DNA of 63,979 nt, filler included, from an uncultured Methanosarcinales archaeon (GTDB lineage: Archaea > Nanobdellota > Nanobdellia > Woesearchaeales > CAYXTQ01): assembly GCA_964608065.1 (NCBI GenBank). It is 3 parts of 3 records of this genome, joined end to end, with 100 filler letters (N's around TTAATTAATTAA, not from the genome) between each part and the next. Parts side by side here need not be neighbours in the genome. Positions count along the whole stretch, not along the records: positions 1 to 24,101 come from CAZSMA010000008.1; 2 more parts are not named here. One strand, 5' to 3'. Each line of letters begins with the position of its first letter. Within the stretch, counting starts at the first letter, position 1. The translations under genes and the position numbers were made by a program. Under the pieces are notes generated by a model. That model was not told where the DNA came from. It saw only the letters and a list, made by a program, of their open reading frames with translations, and did no database searches. Of this stretch, positions 10,393 through 21,234 are shown piece after piece.

Positions 10393-13311
10393 ATGTCAAG
10401 GATAATAAAAAAGATAAGAAAAAGAGATGGCAGGATTGCCGAGTTTGCTAAAGAAAAAGTTACTAATGCCATATACAAAGCTGCTGAAGCTGTTTCTGGG
10501 CCAGAAGGAAAAAAAAGTGATAAAGCCTTAGCTGAGAAATTAGCTGATAAGGTTGTCACAATTCTCGAATATAAGTTTACTGAAAAAGAGACCCCTACAG
10601 TTGAGGAAATACAGGATGTAGTTGAAAAAGTTCTGATAAAAGAAGGCCATGCCAAGACAGCTAAACAATATATCCTATATAGACTTCAACATGATAAACT
10701 AAGGAAAACCAAAGACATGCTTCTGGATGTCAATGACACAATATCAGAATATTTAGACAGAACAGACTGGAGAGTTAAAGAAAATAGCAATGAAGATTAT
10801 AGTTTCTCTGGATTAATGCTACATACTGCTGGAAAAGTTATAGCAAGCTATGCTCTTAATGATATTTACACTCCTGCAATAGCAGATGCACATAGAGAAG
10901 GTTATATACATGTTCATGATTTAAGCCACGGTTTTATTGGATATTGCGCAGGCTGGTCTTTAAAAAACTTGTTGACAAAAGGTTTTGGAAATGTTCCAAA
11001 CAAAGTTGATGCAAAGCCTGCTAAACACATGGATGTTGTAGTACACCAGATGGTTAATTTTATTGGTTGTTTGCAGATGGAGTTTGCTGGAGCACAGGCT
11101 TTCAGTTCTGTAGACACTTTATTAGCACCATTTGTTAAAGTTGATAATCTAAATTACAAAGAGGTTAAGCAGTGTATGCAGGAATTAGTGTTTAGTTTGA
11201 ATATTCCGTCTAGATGGGGATGTTTTAGCGAGGATACAGAAATATTGACTGAAGCTGGGTGGAAATTAGGAAACGAGCTAGAAGTTGGAGATATTATAGC
11301 AACCTTCAATAAAGATACTGAGAAAATAGAGTATCTTCCTGTAAGGAAGATGACAAAGGACCACTATAAAGGTAAAATGTATAATTTGAAAAATAGAATA
11401 ATGGACCAGCTTGTTACACCAAATCATAGAGTTCTCAGAAGAATACATAATTTTGATGAAAATAAGTCAGAATCAAAATATGTTTTTGAGGAAGCAAGCA
11501 AACTTAAAACAAAAATTCCTCTTATACCTTTAGGAGCAAAATTTAGAGGCACTGATATGCACGAAGACTATGTAAAAGCATTAGCTTGGATAGTATCTGA
11601 AGGCAGCTTATGTAAAAATGAGAGAGTAGCTATACACCAATCATTTGTTAAGAATCCCCAGTATTGTGAGGAAATAAGAACATGCTTAAATAATCTAGAA
11701 ATACCTTTTGATGAACAAATAAAACAATCAGGATTCACAGGGGAAATGAGTACTTTAAGATTTAGGATTAACAGACCTTCTTCAAGGAATCTTTGTAATC
11801 AATTTTTTTCAGATTATGTTAAAAGAATTCCAGATGAATTAAGAAATTTGAATACAGACCTTATGAGAATATTTATAGACACTTATATGAAAGCTGATGG
11901 TCACCCACCTGAAAATAAGATATACACTAAGAAGAAAGATGATGCTGATGTTCTGCAGGAAATGATAGTAAAGGCTGGTTGGGGAAGTACATGCTATAAA
12001 AATAAGAACGGAATTTTTGTTGTCAGAGTAATCAAACATGAGCATTCACAGATAACATCAATAGAACAAGTTGATTATAATGGTATTGTGTGGTGTCCTA
12101 CAACTGAAAACAATACAGTAGTTGTCAGAAGAAAAGGAAAAGTATTCATCAGTGGAAATTCTCAATATCCATTTTCTAACTTGACATTTGACTGGACAGT
12201 TCCAGAAGACATGAAAAAAGAGAAAGCTATTGTAGGCGGAAAAAAACAAGACTTTACTTATGCAGATTGCCAGAAAGAGATAGACATGATCAACAAAGCA
12301 TTTATAGAAGTCCTGATGGAAGGAGATGCTAATGGAAGAATCTTTACTTTCCCTATTCCAACATATAATCTGACAAAAAACTTTAACTGGGACAGTGAAA
12401 ATGCAAAAGTATTGTTTGATCTGACTGCAAAATACGGTTCTCCTTATTTCCAGAATTATATAGGAAGTAATTTAGACCCAAAATCAATAAGAGCTATGTG
12501 CTGCAGACTTAATCTTGACCAAGTAGAATTAATGAAAAGGCCAGGAAGCATGTGGGGTCCTGGGGATAATACTGGAAGTTTAGGTGTTGTCACACTCAAT
12601 GTTAACAGATTAGGCTATGAATCTAAAACACAGGAAGAGTTTTTTGAAAAAGTAAAATATTATATGGAATTAGCAAAACAATCTTTGGAAATAAAAAGAA
12701 AAGTTGTAAATAAAAATCTTAAAAATGGTTTAATGCCTTATACAAAAACTTATCTTGGAACTTTCAGGAATCACTTTTCAACTATAGGATTGTGCGGAAT
12801 GAATGAAGCATGCAGGAATCTGCTTGGAAAAACAATAAAAGATCATGAAGGTAAAGAATTTACGATTAAAACCTTGAATTTCATGAGAGATGTACTGCAG
12901 CAGTTCCAGGAAGAGACAGGCAGCTTGTATAACTTAGAAGCAACACCAGCAGAATCTGCTGGCTATAGATTTGCAAGAAGTGATAAAAAACTTCATCCAG
13001 ATATAATTACAGCTGGTGATAAAGAGCCTTATCTGACTAATTCAACTCAATTAGGAGTTCATGAAACTGATGATATAGTTGAAGCTTTAGAACATCAGGA
13101 TGATATCCAACATCTGTACACTGGTGGAACTATCTTCCATTCATTCTTAGGAGAAAGAATGACAGATGGTGAATCTTGCAAACAATTAGTAAGAAAAATA
13201 GCAAACAATACTAGAATTCCATATTTTTCAATAACTCCTACTTTTAGCGTATGTCCTGAACATGGTTATGTTGTGGGAGAACATCATATATGTCCATTGG
13301 AGGTGAAATAA
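10393..13311 (+). CDS. nrdD: Class III (anaerobic) ribonucleotide reductase, ATP-cone + intein; lacks C-terminal glycyl-radical loop
   Basis: N-terminal ATP cone, IHVHDL, GYCAGW, AGAQAF, RAMCCRL, NLEATPAES, ends CPEHGY...CP. Confidence 0.95.
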   Translation: MSRIIKKIRKRDGRIAEFAKEKVTNAIYKAAEAVSGPEGKKSDKALAEKLADKVVTILEYKFTEKETPTVEEIQDVVEKVLIKEGHAKTAKQYILYRLQHDKLRKTKDMLLDVNDTISEYLDRTDWRVKENSNEDYSFSGLMLHTAGKVIASYALNDIYTPAIADAHREGYIHVHDLSHGFIGYCAGWSLKNLLTKGFGNVPNKVDAKPAKHMDVVVHQMVNFIGCLQMEFAGAQAFSSVDTLLAPFVKVDNLNYKEVKQCMQELVFSLNIPSRWGCFSEDTEILTEAGWKLGNELEVGDIIATFNKDTEKIEYLPVRKMTKDHYKGKMYNLKNRIMDQLVTPNHRVLRRIHNFDENKSESKYVFEEASKLKTKIPLIPLGAKFRGTDMHEDYVKALAWIVSEGSLCKNERVAIHQSFVKNPQYCEEIRTCLNNLEIPFDEQIKQSGFTGEMSTLRFRINRPSSRNLCNQFFSDYVKRIPDELRNLNTDLMRIFIDTYMKADGHPPENKIYTKKKDDADVLQEMIVKAGWGSTCYKNKNGIFVVRVIKHEHSQITSIEQVDYNGIVWCPTTENNTVVVRRKGKVFISGNSQYPFSNLTFDWTVPEDMKKEKAIVGGKKQDFTYADCQKEIDMINKAFIEVLMEGDANGRIFTFPIPTYNLTKNFNWDSENAKVLFDLTAKYGSPYFQNYIGSNLDPKSIRAMCCRLNLDQVELMKRPGSMWGPGDNTGSLGVVTLNVNRLGYESKTQEEFFEKVKYYMELAKQSLEIKRKVVNKNLKNGLMPYTKTYLGTFRNHFSTIGLCGMNEACRNLLGKTIKDHEGKEFTIKTLNFMRDVLQQFQEETGSLYNLEATPAESAGYRFARSDKKLHPDIITAGDKEPYLTNSTQLGVHETDDIVEALEHQDDIQHLYTGGTIFHSFLGERMTDGESCKQLVRKIANNTRIPYFSITPTFSVCPEHGYVVGEHHICPLEVK
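11221..12159 (+). mobile_element. Intein (313 aa) with LAGLIDADG-type endonuclease domain in nrdD
   Basis: Begins CFSEDTEILT, block B VTPNHR, LAWIVSEG and YMKADG motifs, ends VWCPT..RRKGKVFISGN followed by Ser; exteins rejoin as SRWG/SQYPFSN. Confidence 0.92.
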
Positions 13312-13313
13312 GC

Positions 13314-13469
13314 ATGGCATGTGAACAGAAATGCGAAGTGTACTCAAGGATAGTAGGTTATTTTAGGCCAGTGCACAATTGGAACCAGGGAAAAAGAGCA
13401 GAATTTGAAGACAGAGTAACATTTAGGGAAGATATTGCTTTAAGCAAAGAATTCAGTGAAAAATGCTGA
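13314..13469 (+). CDS. Stand-alone NrdD glycyl-radical domain peptide (51 aa; not in ORF track)
   Basis: MACEQKCEVYSRIVGYFRPVHNWNQGKRAEFEDR...; GGAGGTGA SD overlapping end of nrdD. Confidence 0.9.
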   Translation: MACEQKCEVYSRIVGYFRPVHNWNQGKRAEFEDRVTFREDIALSKEFSEKC

Positions 13470-13744
13470 AGTATAAGATATTCACAATGATAGGATGTGA
13501 TAAATGCGAGACAGCTAAAGCATATCTTGAAGAGCAAGGTATTGAAGGTAGTGAAGTAAATATCAGTGATGACGAAGGGGTAGTTGAGTTGAGGCATATC
13601 TACCCTAAGCTTAAAGACAAAGTTGAAAGAGACGAATCAGGAAGCTTGCCTGTTCCGCTAATTCTATTTTATGAAAACGATGAAATTATTGGAGTCAAAC
13701 ACACACAGGAAGAGATTGAAGCTTTTGTTAAAGAGAAAAAATGA
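13463..13744 (+). CDS. Glutaredoxin/NrdH-like redoxin
   Basis: FTMIGCDKC, LPVP cis-Pro motif, inside nrd operon. Confidence 0.8.
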   Translation: MLKYKIFTMIGCDKCETAKAYLEEQGIEGSEVNISDDEGVVELRHIYPKLKDKVERDESGSLPVPLILFYENDEIIGVKHTQEEIEAFVKEKK

Positions 13745-14430
13745 TTTTACCCATAAAGGGAATCCAAAAAACATCTTTAGTTGATTATCCTGGAAAAGTA
13801 GCTTGCACCGTCTTTCTTGGAGGCTGTAATTTCAAATGTCCTTATTGCCAGAACAGAGATTTAATTGTTAATTTTGAAAAAATGGAGACAATTAAAGAAG
13901 AAGAAGTTCTAAAGTTTTTAAAAGACAAGAAAAAATGGTTAGACGGAGTCTGCATCACAGGAGGAGAACCATTACTATATGATATTACAGACTTCATTAA
14001 AAAAATCAAAGAGATTGGTTTATTGGTTAAATTAGACACTAATGGAACCAATCCAAAATTATTAAGAAAACTAATCAACTTTGTAGATTATATTGCTATG
14101 GACATAAAAGCACCTTTGGAAAAATATGATAATGCAGCAAGAGTCAATGTTGACAAAATAAAAATCAAAGAAAGCATTGAATTAATTAAAGAAAACAAAG
14201 TTGATAATGAATTTCGTACGACTGTGGTGAAAGACTTCTTTACAGAAAAAGACGCAGAAGAGATTGGTAAATTATTGAAAGGAGCAAAATTATATGCTTT
14301 GCAGCAATTCAGGCCATTAAACACATTAGACAAAGCTTTTGAAAAAAAACATCCATATCCGAAAGAAGAATTTGATAAGTTTAAGAAAATATTAGAGAAA
14401 TATGTTAAGAAGGTTGAATTAAGAATCTAG
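13741..14430 (+). CDS. nrdG: Anaerobic RNR activating radical SAM enzyme
   Basis: SLVDYPG, CNFKCPYC, ITGGEP, KLDTNG, EFRTT. Confidence 0.93.
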   Translation: MILPIKGIQKTSLVDYPGKVACTVFLGGCNFKCPYCQNRDLIVNFEKMETIKEEEVLKFLKDKKKWLDGVCITGGEPLLYDITDFIKKIKEIGLLVKLDTNGTNPKLLRKLINFVDYIAMDIKAPLEKYDNAARVNVDKIKIKESIELIKENKVDNEFRTTVVKDFFTEKDAEEIGKLLKGAKLYALQQFRPLNTLDKAFEKKHPYPKEEFDKFKKILEKYVKKVELRI

Positions 14431-14440
14431 AGGTGATACC

Positions 14441-14635
14441 ATGGAATGTCAAAAAGAATCTAACTTAGAACATTGCAAATGCACTTATCCTGGTTGTAGT
14501 AGAAAAGGCATGTGTTGTGAATGTATAAAACATCATGTTGAAAGCAAAGAATTACCTGCTTGCTGCTTCCCACCAGAGATAGAAAAAACATTTGACAGAA
14601 GCTTTGAAGCATTTGCTAAAGCTTGGAAATTATAA
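14441..14635 (+). CDS. Small Cys-rich protein (DUF6485-like)
   Basis: CKCTYPGCSRKGMCCECI..LPACCF..DRSFE pattern; GAGGTGA SD. Confidence 0.75.
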   Translation: MECQKESNLEHCKCTYPGCSRKGMCCECIKHHVESKELPACCFPPEIEKTFDRSFEAFAKAWKL

Positions 14636-14650
14636 ATAAAGGTATAATTA

Positions 14651-15736
14651 ATGATCAGATTTAACTTATGGAGAAATTCTCCTGATGGAATAAGAAGGAG
14701 AGAAAGAAAATATGCATCAGAATATATGGAAAGATTGAGTGGAGTTCCCCCTAAATTTGATTATGGTCTTGATCACATTTTTCTTGAAAATAAGAAAGGC
14801 AACCCACTTAGTATTCTAGAAAATTTTGTTTCTGATTGGTGGAAAGATCCGGAAAAAAAAATGAATTTCAGAAATTATGCAAAACCAAAAGTAAGTGTAG
14901 AAAACGGTTATGTGAAATTTCAATCATTGCTTGGAGGAAGTAAAGCAAGATTTGCTTATGTAAGACAGCCTAAGTGGAGAAGCGGACATAATATTTGTAT
15001 AATCATGCTCAAACACTGGAATTCTGATCCAACTAAATATTTTAGAGGAATAAATTTTATTAGAAGAACAATGTTGCCAATATCTACTGGTTTATTTTTA
15101 CCCTCATATCAGTACCATATCGGAGATAAAAAAAAGAAAAATAGGCATCACCACACTCTTGGTCCAAACATAGGATTGACTATAAAAAGAGTCTGGCAGG
15201 ATGTATTGGACTTACAATATTTTGGAAACTGGTTGAAAGAACACGAAGGATTTGACCAAGTGGGGCTATTCCCATACAGTGTAGGTTCACTCAGAGGGAT
15301 TTTAGCAGCTTTATTTGCACAGGATATTTTTGATTTTGGAGTTTTCCATTATATTGCAGATGATTATACAGAATCTTTTATGAATGGAATATCTACTAAG
15401 CCTGAAGCGTCTGTAATAAGAGAACATATCTCTGAAGATAAATTAAGAAAAATTTGGTCTGTTATAAGTCCTGGGAACTATGAATATTATCTTAATAGAT
15501 TATCAAGAAATGATAAGTTAGGCGGTTTTCGTATAGTTCAAGCTAACTATGATCTTGTTTTTGGAGAAGATAATGTCAGAAGACTCACAAAAAAAATAAA
15601 AGATAAAGCACCTGATGTAGAAGTCTATGAAGGCAATTTCGGGCATATTACAATGACTGAAGTAGAAAATGCTTTTAGTGTCATGATTAAAGACTTAAAA
15701 TTTATCTATAAGAACACTGGTTTGAATTATTTCTAA
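14651..15736 (+). CDS. Putative alpha/beta hydrolase-fold protein
   Basis: PYSVGS elbow-like motif, YDLVF and GHIT triad-like motifs. Confidence 0.5.
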   Translation: MIRFNLWRNSPDGIRRRERKYASEYMERLSGVPPKFDYGLDHIFLENKKGNPLSILENFVSDWWKDPEKKMNFRNYAKPKVSVENGYVKFQSLLGGSKARFAYVRQPKWRSGHNICIIMLKHWNSDPTKYFRGINFIRRTMLPISTGLFLPSYQYHIGDKKKKNRHHHTLGPNIGLTIKRVWQDVLDLQYFGNWLKEHEGFDQVGLFPYSVGSLRGILAALFAQDIFDFGVFHYIADDYTESFMNGISTKPEASVIREHISEDKLRKIWSVISPGNYEYYLNRLSRNDKLGGFRIVQANYDLVFGEDNVRRLTKKIKDKAPDVEVYEGNFGHITMTEVENAFSVMIKDLKFIYKNTGLNYF

Positions 15737-15802
15737 AAAAAAAAAAACAAAAACCAAAAGTAATTAATATTAGTTATAATATGTTTATCTAAGGGGGTAA
15801 TA

Positions 15803-16363
15803 ATGACAATACTAAGCGATAGAGATATTAAGAAACATTTGAAAGAATCTAAGATAGTTATTGAAGGATTAGAAGAAGATCAGATTGGCTCAAGCAGTGT
15901 TGATTTAAAGCTTGGCAGCCAATTCAGAGTTTTTAGGCATAGTGAAATGACTCATATCGATCCAAGAAAAAATGATACTAGTCACTTAACAACATTATAT
16001 GAGATGGAAGAGGATAAACCATTTATCATTCATCCTGGAGAATTTATTCTAGCTAACACTAAAGAATACATTAAATTACCAGATTTTTTAATAGCAAGAA
16101 TGGATGGAAGGTCTAGTTGGGGAAGACTAGGAATAGTTATACACAGCACTGCAGGTTCTGTTCACCCAGGTTTTGAAGGACAACTTACTTTAGAAATTAC
16201 AAACTTAAGCAAAGTTCCAGTCAAACTATGGCCTGGCTCAAAAATCTGTCAGTTAACATTTGAAACATTAAGCTCTCCTTCTGAAAATCCCTACAACAAA
16301 AGAAAAAGCTCAAAATATTTAAAACAAAAAGGGCCTAATGTAAGCAAAATTTCAGAGGAATAA
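15803..16363 (+). CDS. dcd: dCTP deaminase
   Basis: ILSDRDI, SVDLKLG, GRSSWGRLG, PGFEGQLTLE, ICQL. Confidence 0.95.
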   Translation: MTILSDRDIKKHLKESKIVIEGLEEDQIGSSSVDLKLGSQFRVFRHSEMTHIDPRKNDTSHLTTLYEMEEDKPFIIHPGEFILANTKEYIKLPDFLIARMDGRSSWGRLGIVIHSTAGSVHPGFEGQLTLEITNLSKVPVKLWPGSKICQLTFETLSSPSENPYNKRKSSKYLKQKGPNVSKISEE

Positions 16364-16365
16364 TA

Positions 16366-16584
16366 ATGGAAAAAATAAAGAAAAATATGACTTTAGGAGA
16401 AACAGTCCAGAAATATCCTGAAACAGTTGAAGTCATGTTCAAATACGGTTTGCATTGCATTGGCTGCCATGTTGCTGCTTTTGAAACAATTGAACAAGGA
16501 GCTTTAGCACATGGTCTGGATAAAAAGAAATTAGACCAGATGATTAAAGAGATGAACAAAGCAGTAACCAAAAAACAAAAATAG
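16366..16584 (+). CDS. DUF1858 domain protein
   Basis: YPETVEVMFKYGLHCIGC..ETIEQGALAHG. Confidence 0.85.
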   Translation: MEKIKKNMTLGETVQKYPETVEVMFKYGLHCIGCHVAAFETIEQGALAHGLDKKKLDQMIKEMNKAVTKKQK

Positions 16585-16643
16585 AAACTTTTATTAATGA
16601 GTTCTGTTGAAGATTAAATATTAAAACCTAAGAAGGTGATAAC

Positions 16644-16844
16644 ATGACTAAATTCAGAATTAAACACATAAAAGAGGATTGTATTGGCTGCGGAGCTTGT
16701 GTAAGTGTCTGCGAGGAAAACTGGAGAATGGGTGATGATCATAAGGCTATTCCTAAAAAAAACGAACTAGACGAGGTTGGCTGCAACCAAGAAGCAGTTG
16801 ATAGCTGTCCTGTTGAATGTATTAAAGTAGAAGAGATAAAATAA
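16644..16844 (+). CDS. Monocluster ferredoxin
   Basis: CIGCGAC...CPVECI. Confidence 0.9.
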   Translation: MTKFRIKHIKEDCIGCGACVSVCEENWRMGDDHKAIPKKNELDEVGCNQEAVDSCPVECIKVEEIK

Positions 16845-17073
16845 AAAACTTTATATATCCATCCATTAATTAACTGTTTTATGGGGAGGAATTCTTTATA
16901 TATCAAAAACCACTTGTCATAGATTAATTGCATATTGCCTATCGCAAAGGTGAACTGTGGTTTTTGAGCATGCTCGGAAATCTCTGATTTCCGACATATT
17001 TAGAATTATGAGGTGAGAAAATCATGAAAATCAAAGATTTTCAGGATGTAAAAAAACAAGGAGGTTTTTTAAC

Positions 17074-18336
17074 ATGGCAAAAAACGTTTTTGAAAACACA
17101 AAAGATCAATTAAAGAAAGCTTTAAAGCATGTTGAGGTTAGTAAGGATGCTGTAGAAATTTTGCATCACCCTCAAAGAATTATCCAGGTTAGTATACCTG
17201 TTAGAATGGATTCTGGAGATCTAAAAGTATTTAATGGCTATAGGGTCCAGTATAATGATGCAAGAGGTCCTACAAAAGGAGGAATAAGATATCATCCGCA
17301 GGTTGATATGCACGAAGTCAAAGCTTTAGCATTCTGGATGACCATAAAATGTTCTGTTGTTAATATTCCTTATGGTGGCGGTAAGGGTGGAATAGAAGTT
17401 GACCCAAAAAAATTATCATTAAGAGAACTGGAAGCATTGAGCAGAGGATTTATCAGGCAAATGCATTCATTTATTGGGCCTGAAAAAGATATTCCAGCTC
17501 CAGATGTTTATACAAATCCAACAATAATGGAATGGATGGCTGATGAATATGGCAAGATAGTTGGCAAACCAACACCTGCTGTAATAACAGGAAAACCTGT
17601 TGAAAAAGGAGGCAGCTTAGGAAGAGATGATGCTACAGCTAGAGGAGGATTCTTTGTTTTACAGGAAGCTATGAAACATCTGGGAAAAAGTCCTAAAGAT
17701 ACAACTGTCGCAATACAGGGATTCGGAAACGCAGGAAGCCATTTTGCAAAATTAGCTGAAGAAGCTGGCTACAAAATTGTTGCAGTCTCAGATTCAAAAG
17801 CAGCAATACATGCTCCTAACGGACTTCATGCTGAATCTGTTCTAAAACACAAAGCAGACAAAGGAATGGTTGACGGAGTTTATTATAAAGGAAGTGTCTG
17901 CACTGATGTTGAACACAATCATATAACAAATGAACAACTTCTTGAATTAGATGTTGATGTATTGGTTCCAGCAGCTTTAGAAAACCAGATTACAGGTAAA
18001 AATGCTAATGACATAAAAGCAAAAATAGTTCTAGAGCTGGCAAACGGCCCTACAAACCCTAAAGCAGATGATATCCTTCATAAAAAAGGAGTTTTAATAC
18101 TGCCAGATATATTAGCTAATGCAGGAGGAGTTACAGTTAGCTATTTCGAATGGTATCAAAACATGCATGATGAGAAATGGGAACTAGACAAAGTCCACAA
18201 AAAATTACATGAAATAATGGTTCGTGAATTTGATAGTGTATACAACATTTCCAAGGAAAAAAGCATTGACATGAGAACAGCAGCTTATGTTCTGGCACTG
18301 AAAAGATTAGGAGAAGCTATAGATAAAAAGAAATAA
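17074..18336 (+). CDS. gdhA: Glu/Leu/Phe/Val dehydrogenase (glutamate dehydrogenase)
   Basis: [47 protein letters not shown]. Confidence 0.95.
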   Translation: MAKNVFENTKDQLKKALKHVEVSKDAVEILHHPQRIIQVSIPVRMDSGDLKVFNGYRVQYNDARGPTKGGIRYHPQVDMHEVKALAFWMTIKCSVVNIPYGGGKGGIEVDPKKLSLRELEALSRGFIRQMHSFIGPEKDIPAPDVYTNPTIMEWMADEYGKIVGKPTPAVITGKPVEKGGSLGRDDATARGGFFVLQEAMKHLGKSPKDTTVAIQGFGNAGSHFAKLAEEAGYKIVAVSDSKAAIHAPNGLHAESVLKHKADKGMVDGVYYKGSVCTDVEHNHITNEQLLELDVDVLVPAALENQITGKNANDIKAKIVLELANGPTNPKADDILHKKGVLILPDILANAGGVTVSYFEWYQNMHDEKWELDKVHKKLHEIMVREFDSVYNISKEKSIDMRTAAYVLALKRLGEAIDKKK

Positions 18337-18346
18337 AATAATTATA

Positions 18347-18823
18347 ATGAAACATTCACTAAAAACAGGGTTTAGTTTTGGTATGACTTCTGGTGTAATT
18401 ACAACTCTTGGATTGATGGTTGGTCTAAACTCTGGAACACATTCAAAACTAGTAGTTCTTGGAGGTATACTGACTATAGCAATAGCAGATGCTTTTTCAG
18501 ATGCTCTTGGAATTCACATGTCAGAAGAATCTGAAGGCAAACATACTTCAAAAGAAATATGGATGTCAACTACTTCTACTTTTTTCTCAAAACTAATTTT
18601 TGCATTGACATTTATTATTCCTGTTTTATTATTTGAACTATCAACTGCTGTTATATTTAGTGTTATTTATGGATTATCTGTATTAGGTCTCTTTAGCTAT
18701 AAGATTGCTAAAGAACAAAAAGCAAATCCAATAAAAATGATTGCAGAGCATTTGATTATTGCAATTATTGTTATTATAGCAACCCACTATGTAGGTAAAT
18801 TTATATCTTCTGTATTGGGTTAA
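18347..18823 (+). CDS. VIT1/CCC1-like metal transporter
   Basis: FGMTSGVITTLG, IADAFSDALGIHMSEESE. Confidence 0.75.
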   Translation: MKHSLKTGFSFGMTSGVITTLGLMVGLNSGTHSKLVVLGGILTIAIADAFSDALGIHMSEESEGKHTSKEIWMSTTSTFFSKLIFALTFIIPVLLFELSTAVIFSVIYGLSVLGLFSYKIAKEQKANPIKMIAEHLIIAIIVIIATHYVGKFISSVLG

Positions 18824-18845
18824 ACTAAAGAATGGAGGAATTAAA

Positions 18846-18965
18846 ATGAGAAAAAAAAACTTTTTCAGCAAATTATTTAACAAAATGGATAAAAAGATGG
18901 AAGAGAAATCAAAAGACACAGGATGTTGTTGCTGCGGAGATTCTGATGAAGAATGCTCCAAGTAG
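18846..18965 (+). CDS. 39-aa Cys-cluster peptide (not in ORF track)
   Basis: [47 protein letters not shown]; overlaps permease start. Confidence 0.7.
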   Translation: MRKKNFFSKLFNKMDKKMEEKSKDTGCCCCGDSDEECSK

Positions 18966-19912
18966 TTGTTGATTGGTTTGTGTATTCTGTCTTAAGTTTA
19001 AGTGCAGATTCAAGACTAGCACAATCCCTGAATTTTTTTATTTATGATTCTATAAAAATAGTTCTTTTATTGTTTGTTATGATAGCAGTAATAGGATTTT
19101 TAAGAACATATATTCCGCAGCATAAAGTTAAGAAATGGCTTACAGGCAAAAGAAAAGGTGTAGGAAATTTAATGGCATCTTTATTTGGAGCAGTAACTCC
19201 TTTTTGCTCATGCTCATCTATCCCTATATTTTTAGGATTCCTAGAAGCAGGAATCCCATTAGGCATTACATTCTCTTTTTTAATAACATCTCCTTTAGTC
19301 AATGAATATCTTGTTGTTCTGATGCTTGGGTTCTTTGGATGGAAGATTACCCTATTATACGTAATAAGTGGAATTTTAATTGGAGTTGTATCAGGATTAA
19401 TATTAGGAAGCATGAAGCTTGAGAAATATCTTGTAAAAGATTTGATCACAAAAAGAGAAAACATAAAAGAAATAGTCTACAAAAAAGTTAAAGGACGTAT
19501 TTTATTTGGAATAAATGAAGCTAATTCCATTGTAAAAAAATTATGGATTTGGATCTTAGTTGGAGTTGGAATAGGAGCAGCAATCCATAATTATGTTCCT
19601 TCTGAATTTATCCAGGGAATAATCAGTAAAGGCGGAATCTTCACAGTACCAATAGCAGCCTTATTAGGTGTTCCAATGTATGGAAGCTGTGCAGCTATTG
19701 TTCCTATAGCTGTTGTCCTGTTCAATAAAGGAATTCCATTAGGAACAGCATTGGTCTTTATGATGGCAACAGCAGCTTTAAGCCTGCCAGAAGCTGTTAT
19801 ATTAAGAAGAGCAATGAAACTAAAACTTATACTAATATTCTTTGGAGTAGTCACATTAGCAATTATATTCACAGGTTATCTGTTTAATTTGTTGCAGACA
19901 TTAATAACTTAA
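18953..19912 (+). CDS. ArsP/DUF318 family permease
   Basis: [30 protein letters not shown]. Confidence 0.9.
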   Translation: MLQVVVDWFVYSVLSLSADSRLAQSLNFFIYDSIKIVLLLFVMIAVIGFLRTYIPQHKVKKWLTGKRKGVGNLMASLFGAVTPFCSCSSIPIFLGFLEAGIPLGITFSFLITSPLVNEYLVVLMLGFFGWKITLLYVISGILIGVVSGLILGSMKLEKYLVKDLITKRENIKEIVYKKVKGRILFGINEANSIVKKLWIWILVGVGIGAAIHNYVPSEFIQGIISKGGIFTVPIAALLGVPMYGSCAAIVPIAVVLFNKGIPLGTALVFMMATAALSLPEAVILRRAMKLKLILIFFGVVTLAIIFTGYLFNLLQTLIT

Positions 19913-19913
19913 A

Positions 19914-20460
19914 ATGATCCAGGATATTTTAATACCATTCTTAGCTGTAGGATTAGCAGAACTAGGAGATAAAACACAATTAGCAGTTCTTTTATTAGCT
20001 TCAAAGACTAAGAAACACCTTCAATTATTATCGGGGGTGATCCTTGCGTTTATCATAGCAGACGGATTAGCAATACTTCTTGGAGATTTTATAAAAAATA
20101 TTATTCCTATGAATTATATTAAGATTGGTGCTGCAATCATTTTTATCATATTTGGAATAATTATATTAATAAGTGATAAAAAAATAAAAAAAAATTATTC
20201 CATTAAAAACCCTTTTTTTCTCTGGATTTTTATTAGTGTTGTTATCTGAGATGGGAGATAAAACTCAAATTGCTTCTGGATTGTTTGCTACAAAATTCAA
20301 CCCTATATTAGTTTTTATTGGAGTTATTCTGGCTTTAACATTACTTTCATTGATAGCTGTATTCTTAGGTAAATTTTTGACAAAGAAAATAAATAAGAAA
20401 ACAATATCAATAATAGCAGGAATTTTATTTATATTGATTGGAATATCTATGTTATTCTAA
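19914..20460 (+). CDS. TMEM165/GDT1 (UPF0016) Mn/Ca transporter, frame break at poly-T ~20213-20219
   Basis: Two ELGDKTQ/EMGDKTQ repeats split over ORFs 19914-20249 and 20236-20460. Confidence 0.85.
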
Positions 20461-21152
20461 TATCCACAAACTCCGCCAAGTTCCTTAATCTCCTGTAAAT
20501 AAATGTAAAGCCTTGGTGCTAGCTTAACTCTTTCTCCAAGTTTTAATATTTCAAGAGGAGCATCATCTACAGAGTATTTAATTTCAGCATTTGAGTATAT
20601 TTTTTCTAATTTGAACTTATATCTATTATCATACAGATTAAAATAAACAAAACTGTCTTCTCCAATGTATTTACATGCTTTTTGTTCTCCTTCAAAGCAA
20701 ACATTTACAGAAAACTTAGTTATAGTGCATTTTTGATTCCCCTCACAGTCAAAGTTATCGCAGCATATATCAAATGGAAGGCATTTTTGTTGGTAATTAC
20801 AGAATCTACTATTTGGACTGCAAACACATTCTTTTAAGTCTTCATCACATACTTCATTATAAGAACAAAGTATTTTATCACATGAAAAAACACATTTATT
20901 GTTTTTACAAACTTCATTTTTTTTGCAATCTTTATCAGTACAACATTCATCTTTAACTATACACATTTCTCCACACGCTTTAAAGCCATCACCACAAACA
21001 CAAGTTCCATTAACACAATACTGGTTTTCATTACATACAATATCAGAACATGGATTTTTTTCTTCAATAATCTCTTCTTGTACATTTTCTATTTGTATAC
21101 AGGCAGCTATAAGAAATAAAGAAATTATTGCTAATAATAGCTTTAATTTCAT
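20457..21152 (-). CDS. Cys-rich secreted/lipoprotein
   Basis: Signal peptide ending IAAC; many disulfide-type Cys repeats. Confidence 0.75.
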   Translation of the reverse strand: MKLKLLLAIISLFLIAACIQIENVQEEIIEEKNPCSDIVCNENQYCVNGTCVCGDGFKACGEMCIVKDECCTDKDCKKNEVCKNNKCVFSCDKILCSYNEVCDEDLKECVCSPNSRFCNYQQKCLPFDICCDNFDCEGNQKCTITKFSVNVCFEGEQKACKYIGEDSFVYFNLYDNRYKFKLEKIYSNAEIKYSVDDAPLEILKLGERVKLAPRLYIYLQEIKELGGVCGY

Positions 21153-21234
21153 TATATTATACTTTTATAGATAATAATATATAAAATTTCCTATGAGGTT
21201 TATAGTTTTTATTGACTTAATGGGGAGGACATTC

